Source: an uncultured Actinomycetota bacterium
GTDB taxonomy: Bacteria; Actinomycetota; Actinomycetes; Propionibacteriales; Nocardioidaceae
Assembly: GCA_963805345.1 (NCBI GenBank)
Contig: CAWDUA010000012.1
Span: forward strand, 503-64,502
Length of the DNA stretch: 64,000 nt
Direction of reading: 5' to 3'
Numbering within the stretch: the first letter of the stretch is position 1; each line of letters opens with the position of its first letter. Below the pieces are notes generated by a model, which was given only the letters and a program-made list of their open reading frames with translations, was not told where the DNA came from and ran no database searches. This document shows positions 19,376 to 28,167 of the stretch, piece after piece. The position numbers and the translations under genes were made by a program.

Positions 19376-20212
19376 TCACCTCACCCAGCCGCCGAGGCCG
19401 CCGATGGCCGAGAGGATGACTCGTTCGCGCTGCATGTCGCTTGTGGCCCGGGCCATCGCCATACTCAGGATGATCGGGAATCGGTCGTCGGACATGGTGA
19501 CCTCCATGACGACGACGACGTTCTGGCGTCGTGCGATCAGGAGCGAGTACGTGGCTACCGGCGGGGCGGTATTCCGCAGCTGTCGGGTGTCGCTGAGCGT
19601 GGCGATCCGGTCACGCTGGTTGGCGTAGTACTCGTTCAGATGCCATTGAGGTCCCCACAGCGGCAGACCCCATCGGGCGGTCTCCACGTTCCGCGGGGTG
19701 GGGCAGTCGTGGAGCAGGCGCCATGCGTCGGTGACTGCGCGGTGTGCGGCGGTGATGGTGTCGTAGCGAAGCACGAACTCGTTGCCGAACCGCGGCTGAC
19801 CTGGACGACCGTAGGTCGCTGCGTCGGACTCGGCGGCACCCCAGGTCAGTGGAGTGCTCACGCATGGGGAAAGTGGGGCCGGCGCGGCCCCGGGGTTGAC
19901 CGGGTTTCCCTCCTCTACGGTCAGGAGCGGGTGGGTTGCGAGTGTGAGGAGACCGCTGGCTGGGGGCGGGCCGGGCGTTGCCGGCGAGGGAGGGGCGGCG
20001 GAGTCGCGCCGGTTCCCCGCTGCGGTGCAGCCCACGATCAGTGTCGCGAGTACCGCAGGTGTGACCAACGCAGCGATACGACGGTGTCGGCGGTGGGCGG
20101 GGTGGCCCCGATCGCGAACCTGGTCGGCTCGTTCCGGTCGTTGGCGGTAGGTGGCTGCGGGACCCGTGTCTCCCGACGTGGGCTGTGGTGGCTGTGAGTT
20201 GAATGTAGTCAT
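19376..20212 (-). CDS. Putative lipoprotein / sensor-like extracellular protein
   Basis: Hydrophobic helix ending LIVGC, Pro-rich linker, Cys-containing domain. Confidence 0.65.
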   Translation of the reverse strand: MTTFNSQPPQPTSGDTGPAATYRQRPERADQVRDRGHPAHRRHRRIAALVTPAVLATLIVGCTAAGNRRDSAAPPSPATPGPPPASGLLTLATHPLLTVEEGNPVNPGAAPAPLSPCVSTPLTWGAAESDAATYGRPGQPRFGNEFVLRYDTITAAHRAVTDAWRLLHDCPTPRNVETARWGLPLWGPQWHLNEYYANQRDRIATLSDTRQLRNTAPPVATYSLLIARRQNVVVVMEVTMSDDRFPIILSMAMARATSDMQRERVILSAIGGLGGWVR

Positions 20213-20218
20213 GACGGG

Positions 20219-20494
20219 TCAGGGGACGTAGGTGTAGCAGACCGGCATGGGTCCGGCGAGTTCGTCGTTCCAGGTGTGGGGCGTGATGAAGCAGCCGTGC
20301 CCTACGTAGTGGCCGTGGGTGTGCACGGCGGGAGCCGGGGCCGATGGTGGGTCGCCGCGTCCGGGCATGGCAGAGGCGCCGCCGAGCGTGACGGCGAGCA
20401 GGACGCCGGCCAATCCGGTAGCTGCGGCGGCGGAGAGGGCGCGACGGTGGCGGGTCGATGAGGCTGGGCGATGGAGGTTCGACAACGTGGTCAT
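20219..20494 (-). CDS. Small secreted protein
   Basis: RR-containing signal peptide; short mature part with two Cys. Confidence 0.65.
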   Translation of the reverse strand: MTTLSNLHRPASSTRHRRALSAAAATGLAGVLLAVTLGGASAMPGRGDPPSAPAPAVHTHGHYVGHGCFITPHTWNDELAGPMPVCYTYVP

Positions 20495-20818
20495 GAGGGT
20501 TTCCCTTGTTCGGTAGCCGGGATGTGCGGCTGTAGAACCCTCACGTTCGCGCTAAGGACCGGCTCCCACATTGGGAGGACAACCCGTCTTGGGCGACCAA
20601 CCGGCTGGCGAACCTAAGGGGTACAGGTCGACCGCCCCGGCTCGTCCCTTGGTCCGGCATGCCGCCGCCGCGATTCCCAACCGGGCGGATCGGCCGCCGG
20701 CTCCGGTTGGGCGGGGTGCCCGACCGCTGTGATCCCGGTCTCCACGGGGCCTCGGGGGCGCCTAGCATGGATGATCTCAAGACCTTTCGTTTTCCTCAGG
20801 CCGGGGGCGGTGGACCAC

Positions 20819-23668
20819 ATGCCGGTAGCGAGCGGGACACCGCTGATGCTGGGCCGCGAGCGGGACGTCGCGGAGCTGGATGAAGCTCTCGGGTTGGCCT
20901 CACAGAGGACCCCGCAGATCGTGCTTGTCGGGGGCGACGCCGGAATCGGGAAGACCACCCTCGTCGCGGCCCTTGAACGCCGGGCCTCTGAGTTGGGGTT
21001 CACCGTGGCGACGGGGCACTGTCTCGACCTGGAGGCGGGTATCTCGTTCGCCCCGGTGGTCGAGGGGGTGCGGTCGCTGCTCGCCGGGGTGGAGGACCTC
21101 GAGTCGCGGCCGTCGGCGCGTCGGATGCTCACGCTGCTGGATCCGGATGCACCGCGCAGTCGGGAGACTTTTCAGGTGTTGGAAGACCTGACCGCGGTCG
21201 TTCTCGAGGCGGCGGCGGCCGGTCCGGTGCTGATGGTGCTGGAGGACATGCACTGGGCGGACCGCTCCACCCAGGACTTCGCGGCCGCGCTGTCTCGGAC
21301 CGCCCGTGGGTGTCTATTGCTGGGGCTGACCTTCCGCAGCGACGAGCTCCACCGCCGGCACCCCTTCCGGAGGACCTTGACCGAGATCAGCCGGACCCCC
21401 GGGGCCCGGCGCATCGATCTGGGCGGGTTGGACCGGGCCGACATTAGTGGCATCGTCGCCGCCCACACGGACGGACCGCCTGACCCGTCGCTGGTCGACT
21501 CTGTGCTGGCGCGGACCGAGGGCAACCCGCTGTACGCCGCAGAAATCCTGGCCGTCAACCGGGCCGGCAACCAGGAAGGGGTCCCCGACCACCTCTCGGA
21601 TCTGCTGTTGGCCCGGATCGACGCCCTCGACGAGGGTCCGCGGGCCATGCTTCGCCTGGCCTCGGTCAACGGGACCCGTCTTGACACCGAGACGCTCGCC
21701 GAGCTGGCGGGCCTCGACCAGGCTCAGATGGAGGGCTATCTGCGGGAGGCTCTGGACGCCAACGTCCTGCGCCAGACCGCCGGGTCCCTGGAGTTCCGGC
21801 ACCCGCTGCTGCGCGAGGCAGCCTACGACGACCTGCTGCCCGACGAGCGGACCCGGATCCACGGCCGTTTGGCCGAGATCCTCCAGACCAGGATCGACGT
21901 CGAGCCCGAGTCCGGGGTGGCGGCACTGAGCCGGCTCGCCTTCCACTGGAACGCCGCCCACGACCTGCCACGCACCCTGGCCGCGTCGGTGCGCGCCGGA
22001 TTGGCGGCGAAGCGACTGGGAGCGGCCGAGGCTCTCACCCAGCTCGAACGCGCACTGTCGCTGTGGGACCGAGTCCCCGGCGCCGAGACCGTCGCCGGCC
22101 ACCCGCAGGCCGAGCTCGTCGTCCTCCTGGGCGAGGCGGCAGTCGGGCAAGGCGATGATGAGCGCGCATACACCCTGGTCCGCACAGCGGTAGAGATGCT
22201 CGGACCCGACCCCGACCGGTTGCTCGCCTCTCGTGCCTACTCCGCGCTCGGCATCAGTGACGTACCCGGGGCGACCGTCGGAAGGCAGGAGGCGATCCGG
22301 CTCGCGGTCGAGTACGCCGGCGGCCCCCTCACCGAGGAGCTGGCACGTGCCCTGAGCGCCCAGTCACTGTTCCTGTGGACACATGGCCGCTTCGCCGACA
22401 GTGCCGAAGCCGCAGCACGGGCCGTCGACGCCGCCAGGAGCGCGGGCTACGTCGAAGTCGAACTGGATGCCCTCTTGTGGGGATCCATCCCGGAGTTCTA
22501 CCTCGGCCACGTCGGCGACGCGCTCGCGGGGCTGGAGCGAGCCGTGGCCGTGGCCCGGACAGCGGGCATGGTCGCCCATGTGGTCGGGAACACCGGCGCA
22601 CTTGCCATGAGGTACAACATGGCCGGACAGGTCGGGCGTGGCCTGGCCCTCGCGCGCGAGGGCTTCGAGGAGGGCCTGGCCCAGGGGCTCCCGGTCCCAG
22701 CCTCCCTTTGCGGGGCCCCTGCGCTGCAAGCACTCGTTTGGTTTGGCCGCTTCGATGAGGCGGAACAGGTGCTAGAGGAGCTCGGTGAGCCCAGGGCATC
22801 GGAGTCTCGCGCGGCGCTTCTCCTGGCCCGTGGTGACCCAGATGCAGCGATGCCCCACGTTCGCGAGAGCACGGCCTCCAGGCCAGCGGACTGGCGGAGC
22901 CCGGGCGCCCTGGATGTTCTGACCGATCTCCAGCTCGCGGCGATGCTCGACGACCAGCTCGGCGCCCTCGAGATCGCGAGGACCTACTTGGCCGACATGG
23001 CGGACACCGACTCCCCACTGCGCGCGGCCGCGGTCGCACGAATCGGCTTCCAGGCCCTATCCCTGAGCACCTCGACACCCGGTGCCGGGGCAGACGAGCT
23101 ACGAGGCCTGTCAGCGCGGCAGTTGGCGTCGGGACAAGGCGGACTCACCGACGAGTGGCGGCCGACCTACCCCGGGGTCCAGCTCGCACTCGCCGAGGCC
23201 TACGCAGCCAGGGACGCCGGAGAAGCAGCCGTCGACCAGTTCCGAAAGGCCACAGACCTGGCCGAGCCGTTCGGCGCCTACTTCGCCCTCGAGCCGCGCC
23301 TGAACCTCGCCACCGAGCTGCTCGCCCACGGCAGCCGCGACGAGGGCCGCGAGCTGCTCGTCGAGTGCTGGAGCACCGCACGCGACATGGGTGCACGCGA
23401 CCTCGAGCGCAGCGCAGTCCGCCTGGCCACCCGCACCCGGGTCTCGCTGCCCCAGGCGGCATCACGCGAGGGACCGTTGAGCCGGCTCACACCCCGAGAG
23501 CGCGAAGCCCTCGACCTCCTCGCCACCGGCGCCACCAACAAGACGATCGCGACCACTCTGTTCATCACCGAGAAGACCGCGAGCGTGCACGTGTCCAACA
23601 TCCTCGCCAAGCTCGGCGTCACCAACCGCGGCGAGGCCGCCGCCCTCGCCCGACATCTCGTCGGCTGA
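20819..23668 (+). CDS. LuxR-family regulator with N-terminal AAA ATPase
   Basis: GDAGIGKT Walker A, VLEDMHWAD, C-terminal LTPREREALDLLATGATNKTIATTLFITEKTASVHVSNILAKLG. Confidence 0.93.
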   Translation: MPVASGTPLMLGRERDVAELDEALGLASQRTPQIVLVGGDAGIGKTTLVAALERRASELGFTVATGHCLDLEAGISFAPVVEGVRSLLAGVEDLESRPSARRMLTLLDPDAPRSRETFQVLEDLTAVVLEAAAAGPVLMVLEDMHWADRSTQDFAAALSRTARGCLLLGLTFRSDELHRRHPFRRTLTEISRTPGARRIDLGGLDRADISGIVAAHTDGPPDPSLVDSVLARTEGNPLYAAEILAVNRAGNQEGVPDHLSDLLLARIDALDEGPRAMLRLASVNGTRLDTETLAELAGLDQAQMEGYLREALDANVLRQTAGSLEFRHPLLREAAYDDLLPDERTRIHGRLAEILQTRIDVEPESGVAALSRLAFHWNAAHDLPRTLAASVRAGLAAKRLGAAEALTQLERALSLWDRVPGAETVAGHPQAELVVLLGEAAVGQGDDERAYTLVRTAVEMLGPDPDRLLASRAYSALGISDVPGATVGRQEAIRLAVEYAGGPLTEELARALSAQSLFLWTHGRFADSAEAAARAVDAARSAGYVEVELDALLWGSIPEFYLGHVGDALAGLERAVAVARTAGMVAHVVGNTGALAMRYNMAGQVGRGLALAREGFEEGLAQGLPVPASLCGAPALQALVWFGRFDEAEQVLEELGEPRASESRAALLLARGDPDAAMPHVRESTASRPADWRSPGALDVLTDLQLAAMLDDQLGALEIARTYLADMADTDSPLRAAAVARIGFQALSLSTSTPGAGADELRGLSARQLASGQGGLTDEWRPTYPGVQLALAEAYAARDAGEAAVDQFRKATDLAEPFGAYFALEPRLNLATELLAHGSRDEGRELLVECWSTARDMGARDLERSAVRLATRTRVSLPQAASREGPLSRLTPREREALDLLATGATNKTIATTLFITEKTASVHVSNILAKLGVTNRGEAAALARHLVG

Positions 23669-23691
23669 CCGCTACGCGACCCCCACAAAGG

Positions 23692-23741
23692 CCCGCGTCA
23701 TAGTGGGCGCTATGACGCACCCGGACAGCGGCATGTGCGGG
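23692..23741 (+). repeat. Island spacer site R14
   Basis: CCCGCGTCATAG..CTATGACGCACCCGGACAGCGGCATGTGCGGG, 24 bp after the LuxR stop. Confidence 0.8.
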
Positions 23742-23744
23742 CGG

Positions 23745-23798
23745 ATCGGTTGTCATGCAGGAAGGGCGTGCGTATCGGTTGTCATGCAGGAAGGGCGT
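23745..23798. repeat. 25-bp direct duplication (29-bp period)
   Basis: ATCGGTTGTCATGCAGGAAGGGCGT at 23745-23769 and 23774-23798. Confidence 0.95.
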
Positions 23799-24207
23799 CG
23801 CGCAATGTCACAGCCAAGTCGGCCAGCCGCTCAGGCGCTGTTGGAGCCGGTAGCCCATTCGGATAGAGGTGCCACATGCCGTCGTCGGTTCGCCGGGGAT
23901 GGACGTGGAGATGGACGTGGTCGACCTCCTGCCCAGCCACCGCACCATTCGACTGCCACAGGTTCATGCCCTCCGGCTCAAGCACGTCACGAACGGCTCG
24001 TGCCACCCGCACAGCTAGCGACATCAGCGCCGCACCATCTTCGGGCGACAGCTCATAGATCGTTGGAGTGTGCCGTCTCGGGACAACCAGGACATGCCCT
24101 GAGACCGCCTGACGGATGTCCAGGAAAGCGATCGCCGCGTCGTCCTCGGCCACTAAGGCCGACGGCCGGGCACCCGAGATGATGCCGCAGAAAACGCAGT
24201 CGCTCAT
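23782..24207 (-). CDS. HIT family nucleotide hydrolase
   Basis: MSDCVFCGII, GHVLVVPRRH, AGQEVDHVHLHVHP. Confidence 0.93.
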   Translation of the reverse strand: MSDCVFCGIISGARPSALVAEDDAAIAFLDIRQAVSGHVLVVPRRHTPTIYELSPEDGAALMSLAVRVARAVRDVLEPEGMNLWQSNGAVAGQEVDHVHLHVHPRRTDDGMWHLYPNGLPAPTAPERLADLAVTLRDALPA

Positions 24208-24250
24208 GCCTCCATCATTCCGCACGCGGGCGGGTAGGGGGTGTTGTGGA

Positions 24251-24278
24251 GCGCCCTCACATCGGTGCGAGGTCGATG
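24251..24278 (+). repeat. Partial spacer site R15
   Basis: GCGCCCTCACATCGGT is 15/16 identical to 8626-8641; GAGGTCGATG is shared with the R8 right half. Confidence 0.6.
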
Positions 24279-24521
24279 GGATCGCGGCGTGGCGCAGCAC
24301 TGTTCGGGTCATGTAAAGCGATCCAAGTGCCCACGAAGGCAACCTTGGCGATGGATCGGCAAACACTCGATCCTGGTGCTTTGGGCGGGCTTCATCGCCC
24401 CATCGGTGCCTGACGCCCCTGGTAGCGCGACTTGTCCACAGCCGAGCAGCCTGAACGTGGCTCCATTCGTTCCGGCAGGTCTGATGGTCGCGTCATTTCG
24501 GCGCTGAGCCAGGAGGTCTTC

Positions 24522-24899
24522 ATGTCGATCAGGGTGGTCGCCGCGGGTCGTGTGACAGCTGGGCCGAGCCGGCTGCTGGGCGAGGACTCGTGGGAGGTGT
24601 TCGTCCTCGATCCGTTCCCCGGCTCGGCGGGAGCTCGACTTGTGCATGCGTGCGAGGTCGTGTGCGGCAGCCAGGACCTGGCCTCGTCGGCCCTCACGCG
24701 CATCCGGCGCGGCGATCTCGTAGAGGTGACAGGTGAGTTGGTTATGGAAAGGATCCAAGGCCCCATGGAGGACGACCTGAGCGGCGCTCGTGTGTGGATC
24801 AAGGCGACCGACCCGGTCCGGAAGAGCGGCACACACGGCGACGAGGGGCGGGCCCGAACGCTGCCAGGGGCCGCGCTGGGGCCGCGAGAGAACCAATGA
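24522..24899 (+). CDS. OB-fold / SSB-like protein
   Basis: RBS AGGAGG; IRRGDLVEVTGEL resembles the SSB KGDxVxVxGxL motif. Confidence 0.5.
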   Translation: MSIRVVAAGRVTAGPSRLLGEDSWEVFVLDPFPGSAGARLVHACEVVCGSQDLASSALTRIRRGDLVEVTGELVMERIQGPMEDDLSGARVWIKATDPVRKSGTHGDEGRARTLPGAALGPRENQ

Positions 24900-24994
24900 C
24901 AGCCCGAAATAGCCGACGATCGCCAACGGTCGAAAGGCTCGCTGACCTGCATGTTCATCGATCCTCAACCAGGACCCACGCTCCGTCGGTCGTA

Positions 24995-25036
24995 CTCTCA
25001 AGGCGGTAGCGCCGGTTCGAATCCGGTCGGGGGTAC
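24995..25036 (+). other. Displaced 3' half of tRNA-Glu(CTC); att site
   Basis: CTCTCAA anticodon loop, GGCGG, TAGC, GCCGG-TTCGAAT-CCGGT T arm, CGGGGGTAC; upstream sequence cannot form a D arm or 5' acceptor strand. Confidence 0.88.
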
Positions 25037-25144
25037 TCATCCGAAAGACCTCTGGTCTGCGCCAGCGCGGCCGGAGAGGAACCGCCCCGGGTCGGCGCCC
25101 CGTCATCGGGACACTGCTGCGGACCCGGGACCGTGTGGTCGCCC

Positions 25145-27673
25145 TCAGACGAGGTGCAGCCGCGGGGAGAGAGCGAGCTTCGAGTTCTCCCTCAGGCCGC
25201 GCCTGCGGAGCCCGTCGTCCGCGACCCGGCGGGCCTTCGTCTTCTGAACCCCGTAGGCGATGCCGGCCTTGACCCACGCCGGGCTGCCGAAGCAGCTGGT
25301 GGGGATGGACACGGTGAGGCGGCCCCGGCGCCGCGCGATGTCCCCAGCGATGTCGCAGGCGACCTTGTCGCCGTCGGAGTTCCGGAGGGTGAACGCGACC
25401 CCGGACCCGTGGTGGTTCCTTCCGGACCAGGAGTACTCCTCGCCGCCCGCGACGTGCAGCCGGCCACCGGCGATCCAGCGGTCGGCGATCGAACCGCTCC
25501 TGACGGTGACCCTCGACGTGAGCTGGTCGCTGGTGTAGTGCAGGCGGGTCTGGACGATGTCGGCGGCCCTGCTGCCGTCGGCTCGCGAGACGTGCCCGTT
25601 GGCGGGATCGTAGTTCTGGGCGTCGTGACTGTCGTCGCGGTGCCGGAAGGACGCCCTGCCCGGCTGCTGGACGCCTTCTTCCACGGTTCCCTGGTAGATG
25701 AACATCGCCCGTGAGGCCCAGCCGGTCCCGGCGGAGGTCAGCTGGGTCACGGTCCCCGCCACCGGTGCGTTCGCCGACTGCCTCCAGGTCGCCGAGAACA
25801 GCGCGCCGGCGGTGGTGGCGTAGTACAGCTTGTCGCCCACCACGAACGCGCCACGCACGGTCGACCAGTTGATGTCACTCGTGGTGGTCGAGAACCGCTG
25901 CTGACCGACGACGTCGTCCTCGACCTCGAAGCCGCGACGGTAGAGCGCGTTCGAACCCGACTTGGTGTAGTAGATCCGACCATTGGCGTAGAAGATGCTG
26001 GTCAGCGTCCTCGCGTCGGTGTGCCAGTCTCTCTGGACGACCAGCGCGTCTGCGGCGTTCACCGGTGACGGGGCGCCATAGGTGCTGCCGTCGAAGGACA
26101 TCTTCGCGACCGCGCCGTCCGAGTCCACCTTGTAGACCAGGCCGTTGACCATGAACGCGCCGGTGGCGCTGCCCCAGCCCGGACCCGTGGGCGCGCTCGC
26201 GGGCGTGTCTGCCGTCGTTCCGGTGAAGCTCAGCCGGGTCAGCTGCGACGCCCCCGAGGCGACCCGGAAGACGGTGGCCGGCAGCGCGCTGGTCTGCAGC
26301 GGCGGCAGAGTCTTGCCTCCCGTGAGAGGCATGAAGGCGATCCGGGGGTGGTAGGTGTTGCCGGGCGTGTGGCCGATCAGCTCGGTGTCGGACCCGACGT
26401 AGAGCCCGTCGGCCGTCGCCAGCATGTCCTGGATCCCGACGCCGCGGGCGCGGGTCGGGTTCCACGAGTACGGCATCCCGTTGACCGTGTTGAGCGCGGC
26501 GATGCCAGTCCGGGCTACCGCGCCGGGGCCCGGCACGTTGTTGCCGCCAGGGTTGTTCTGGTACTTCTGGTGGCCGCCGGCATAGATGACGTTGTCGGTG
26601 ACCTCGACGGTCCACGTCGTGTCGCTGCCCGTGTACGCCGTCCAGCTCGGGGTGGACCTTGCCGTGGTGTCGTCCTCGAACCGGGCGACCACGTCGCACC
26701 CCGACGTGCCGGCGTTGCTCGCCGCGGCGCCGCCGTAGGCGCCGGTGGTGGAGACGACGAAGAAGGTCCCGTTCGGTGCGTACTCGACGTCGGTCATGTA
26801 GGTGTCGAACCGCGCGGCACACGCGGAGGTGTAGAGGGTCGTCGACCAGGGCGACACGCTCGAGTGTGCGCTCGAGCTGGTGCCGCTGGGGATGTTCGCG
26901 ATGTCCAACCGAGCGATCTGCCAGCGGGTCTGGCTGTCGACGCTGGTGAAGTTGCCCACCGCCATCAGCGCGGTGTTCTGGGGGTTGACCGAGATCTGGA
27001 GGACGTCGGTGACCGCGGCCGGGTGAGAGTTGCGCACCCCCGCGAACACGTTGTCGACGTAGGGGTCGCGCTGGCCGGTGTCCGCGTACAGCGTGCCCAG
27101 CGCCTTCTGGTCGACGCCGCCGATGTGGCTGAACTTGCCGGCGACGAACAGGTGGTTTCCGACGACCTCCAGGTCGCGGATCTTGCCGTCGATCTTCGGA
27201 GCGACGAACGAGGAGCTGATCGCCCCGGTGGTCACGTTGATCTTGAACACCTTGCCCGGCACCGACTTTCCGGCGGCGGAGGTGAACTGTCCCCCGACGT
27301 AGACCGACTTGCCGTCGGCGGCCGGCAGCACCTTGTAGACCGTGCCCGTCGGGTTGGGCGCGAATGACGTCAGCAGCTCGCCCGTCGTGGCGTCGAAGGC
27401 CAGCACGTTGTTGCGGGTGACCACGGTGGAGGTGCCGTGGTTCTGCGCGCGGGTGAACTGGCCACCGACGACGATCGTGTTGCCGACCTTGGTGATCGAG
27501 TAGACCGTCCCGTCGAGGATGTTCGGTGCGTTGTTGCCGGGCTCGTCGCTGACGATCCTGCCCGTCTGTGGTGCCGGGTTTCCGGTGTCGGCGGCCCGCG
27601 CGGTGGCGAGCCAGACACTCAGGCCGGAGGACACCACAGCAGCGAGCAACAACGGATACAGCAGTCTGCGCAC
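25145..27673 (-). CDS. Large secreted beta-propeller-rich protein
   Basis: Signal peptide; repeated VGGxF / YVGGQF blades; distinct C-terminal domain after MFIYQG. Confidence 0.85.
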   Translation of the reverse strand: MRRLLYPLLLAAVVSSGLSVWLATARAADTGNPAPQTGRIVSDEPGNNAPNILDGTVYSITKVGNTIVVGGQFTRAQNHGTSTVVTRNNVLAFDATTGELLTSFAPNPTGTVYKVLPAADGKSVYVGGQFTSAAGKSVPGKVFKINVTTGAISSSFVAPKIDGKIRDLEVVGNHLFVAGKFSHIGGVDQKALGTLYADTGQRDPYVDNVFAGVRNSHPAAVTDVLQISVNPQNTALMAVGNFTSVDSQTRWQIARLDIANIPSGTSSSAHSSVSPWSTTLYTSACAARFDTYMTDVEYAPNGTFFVVSTTGAYGGAAASNAGTSGCDVVARFEDDTTARSTPSWTAYTGSDTTWTVEVTDNVIYAGGHQKYQNNPGGNNVPGPGAVARTGIAALNTVNGMPYSWNPTRARGVGIQDMLATADGLYVGSDTELIGHTPGNTYHPRIAFMPLTGGKTLPPLQTSALPATVFRVASGASQLTRLSFTGTTADTPASAPTGPGWGSATGAFMVNGLVYKVDSDGAVAKMSFDGSTYGAPSPVNAADALVVQRDWHTDARTLTSIFYANGRIYYTKSGSNALYRRGFEVEDDVVGQQRFSTTTSDINWSTVRGAFVVGDKLYYATTAGALFSATWRQSANAPVAGTVTQLTSAGTGWASRAMFIYQGTVEEGVQQPGRASFRHRDDSHDAQNYDPANGHVSRADGSRAADIVQTRLHYTSDQLTSRVTVRSGSIADRWIAGGRLHVAGGEEYSWSGRNHHGSGVAFTLRNSDGDKVACDIAGDIARRRGRLTVSIPTSCFGSPAWVKAGIAYGVQKTKARRVADDGLRRRGLRENSKLALSPRLHLV

Positions 27674-28167
27674 GTCGACGGTCCCCCCGTGAGAGGGCAG
27701 ACCGGCACCACGCACCGGTCGCCCTTGCATCCGCAGGCTAACCCCGAACGGGACGTTGTCCTAGTGCGCGTTTCTACGTTCGTTCGCGAGATCGTCGACC
27801 CCTGGTCCCACTGGGCCACGGAGAAGATCGCCCTGGGCCTGGTCGCATGTCGCCACCACCGGTGTCGACTGGCAGGAGTACCTGACCCTTCCCCTGATCT
27901 CGGCTGCGAGCACCTGTCGATGCCGGGCTGCCGCGCATCCCGTGAGGCAGCCCGCGGCCCGCGCACGCAATGCCCTGCGACCCGACCTTCAGGAACCGCG
28001 ACACCGGGTGAGAGAGCCGACCTCGGTGAGGTCAACCGAGCAGCAAATGTGGCCATCCCAACAGTTGCACCCGACAAACTAATTTGGTTCAAGTCGTTGA
28101 CATGAGCGCGCTCGCGAGGTCTAGACCGGTCTGCGGGGCTTCTTGGTGGCAGCCCCTGGGGGTTGTG

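Larger units (their letters stand above)
1..25036. mobile_element. Genomic island / integrative mobilizable element, right part; left end and integrase outside the window
   Basis: Ends at a displaced tRNA-Glu 3' half (24995-25036). Contains a MobF relaxase, IS30, SSB-like gene and heterogeneous accessory genes. Confidence 0.8.

Noticed and set aside
6954-23741. Classical integron attC sites
   Set aside because: No RYYYAAC/GTTRRRY cores and no intI in the window. Right arms did not pair better with the next site's left arm than with their own.
24960-25040. Intact tRNA gene
   Set aside because: The 5' acceptor strand and D arm are absent; only the 3' half is present.
27870-27930. TPP-riboswitch-like words (CCTGATC)
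   Set aside because: Lacks the CTGAGA and other conserved elements, and is not upstream of a thiamine gene.
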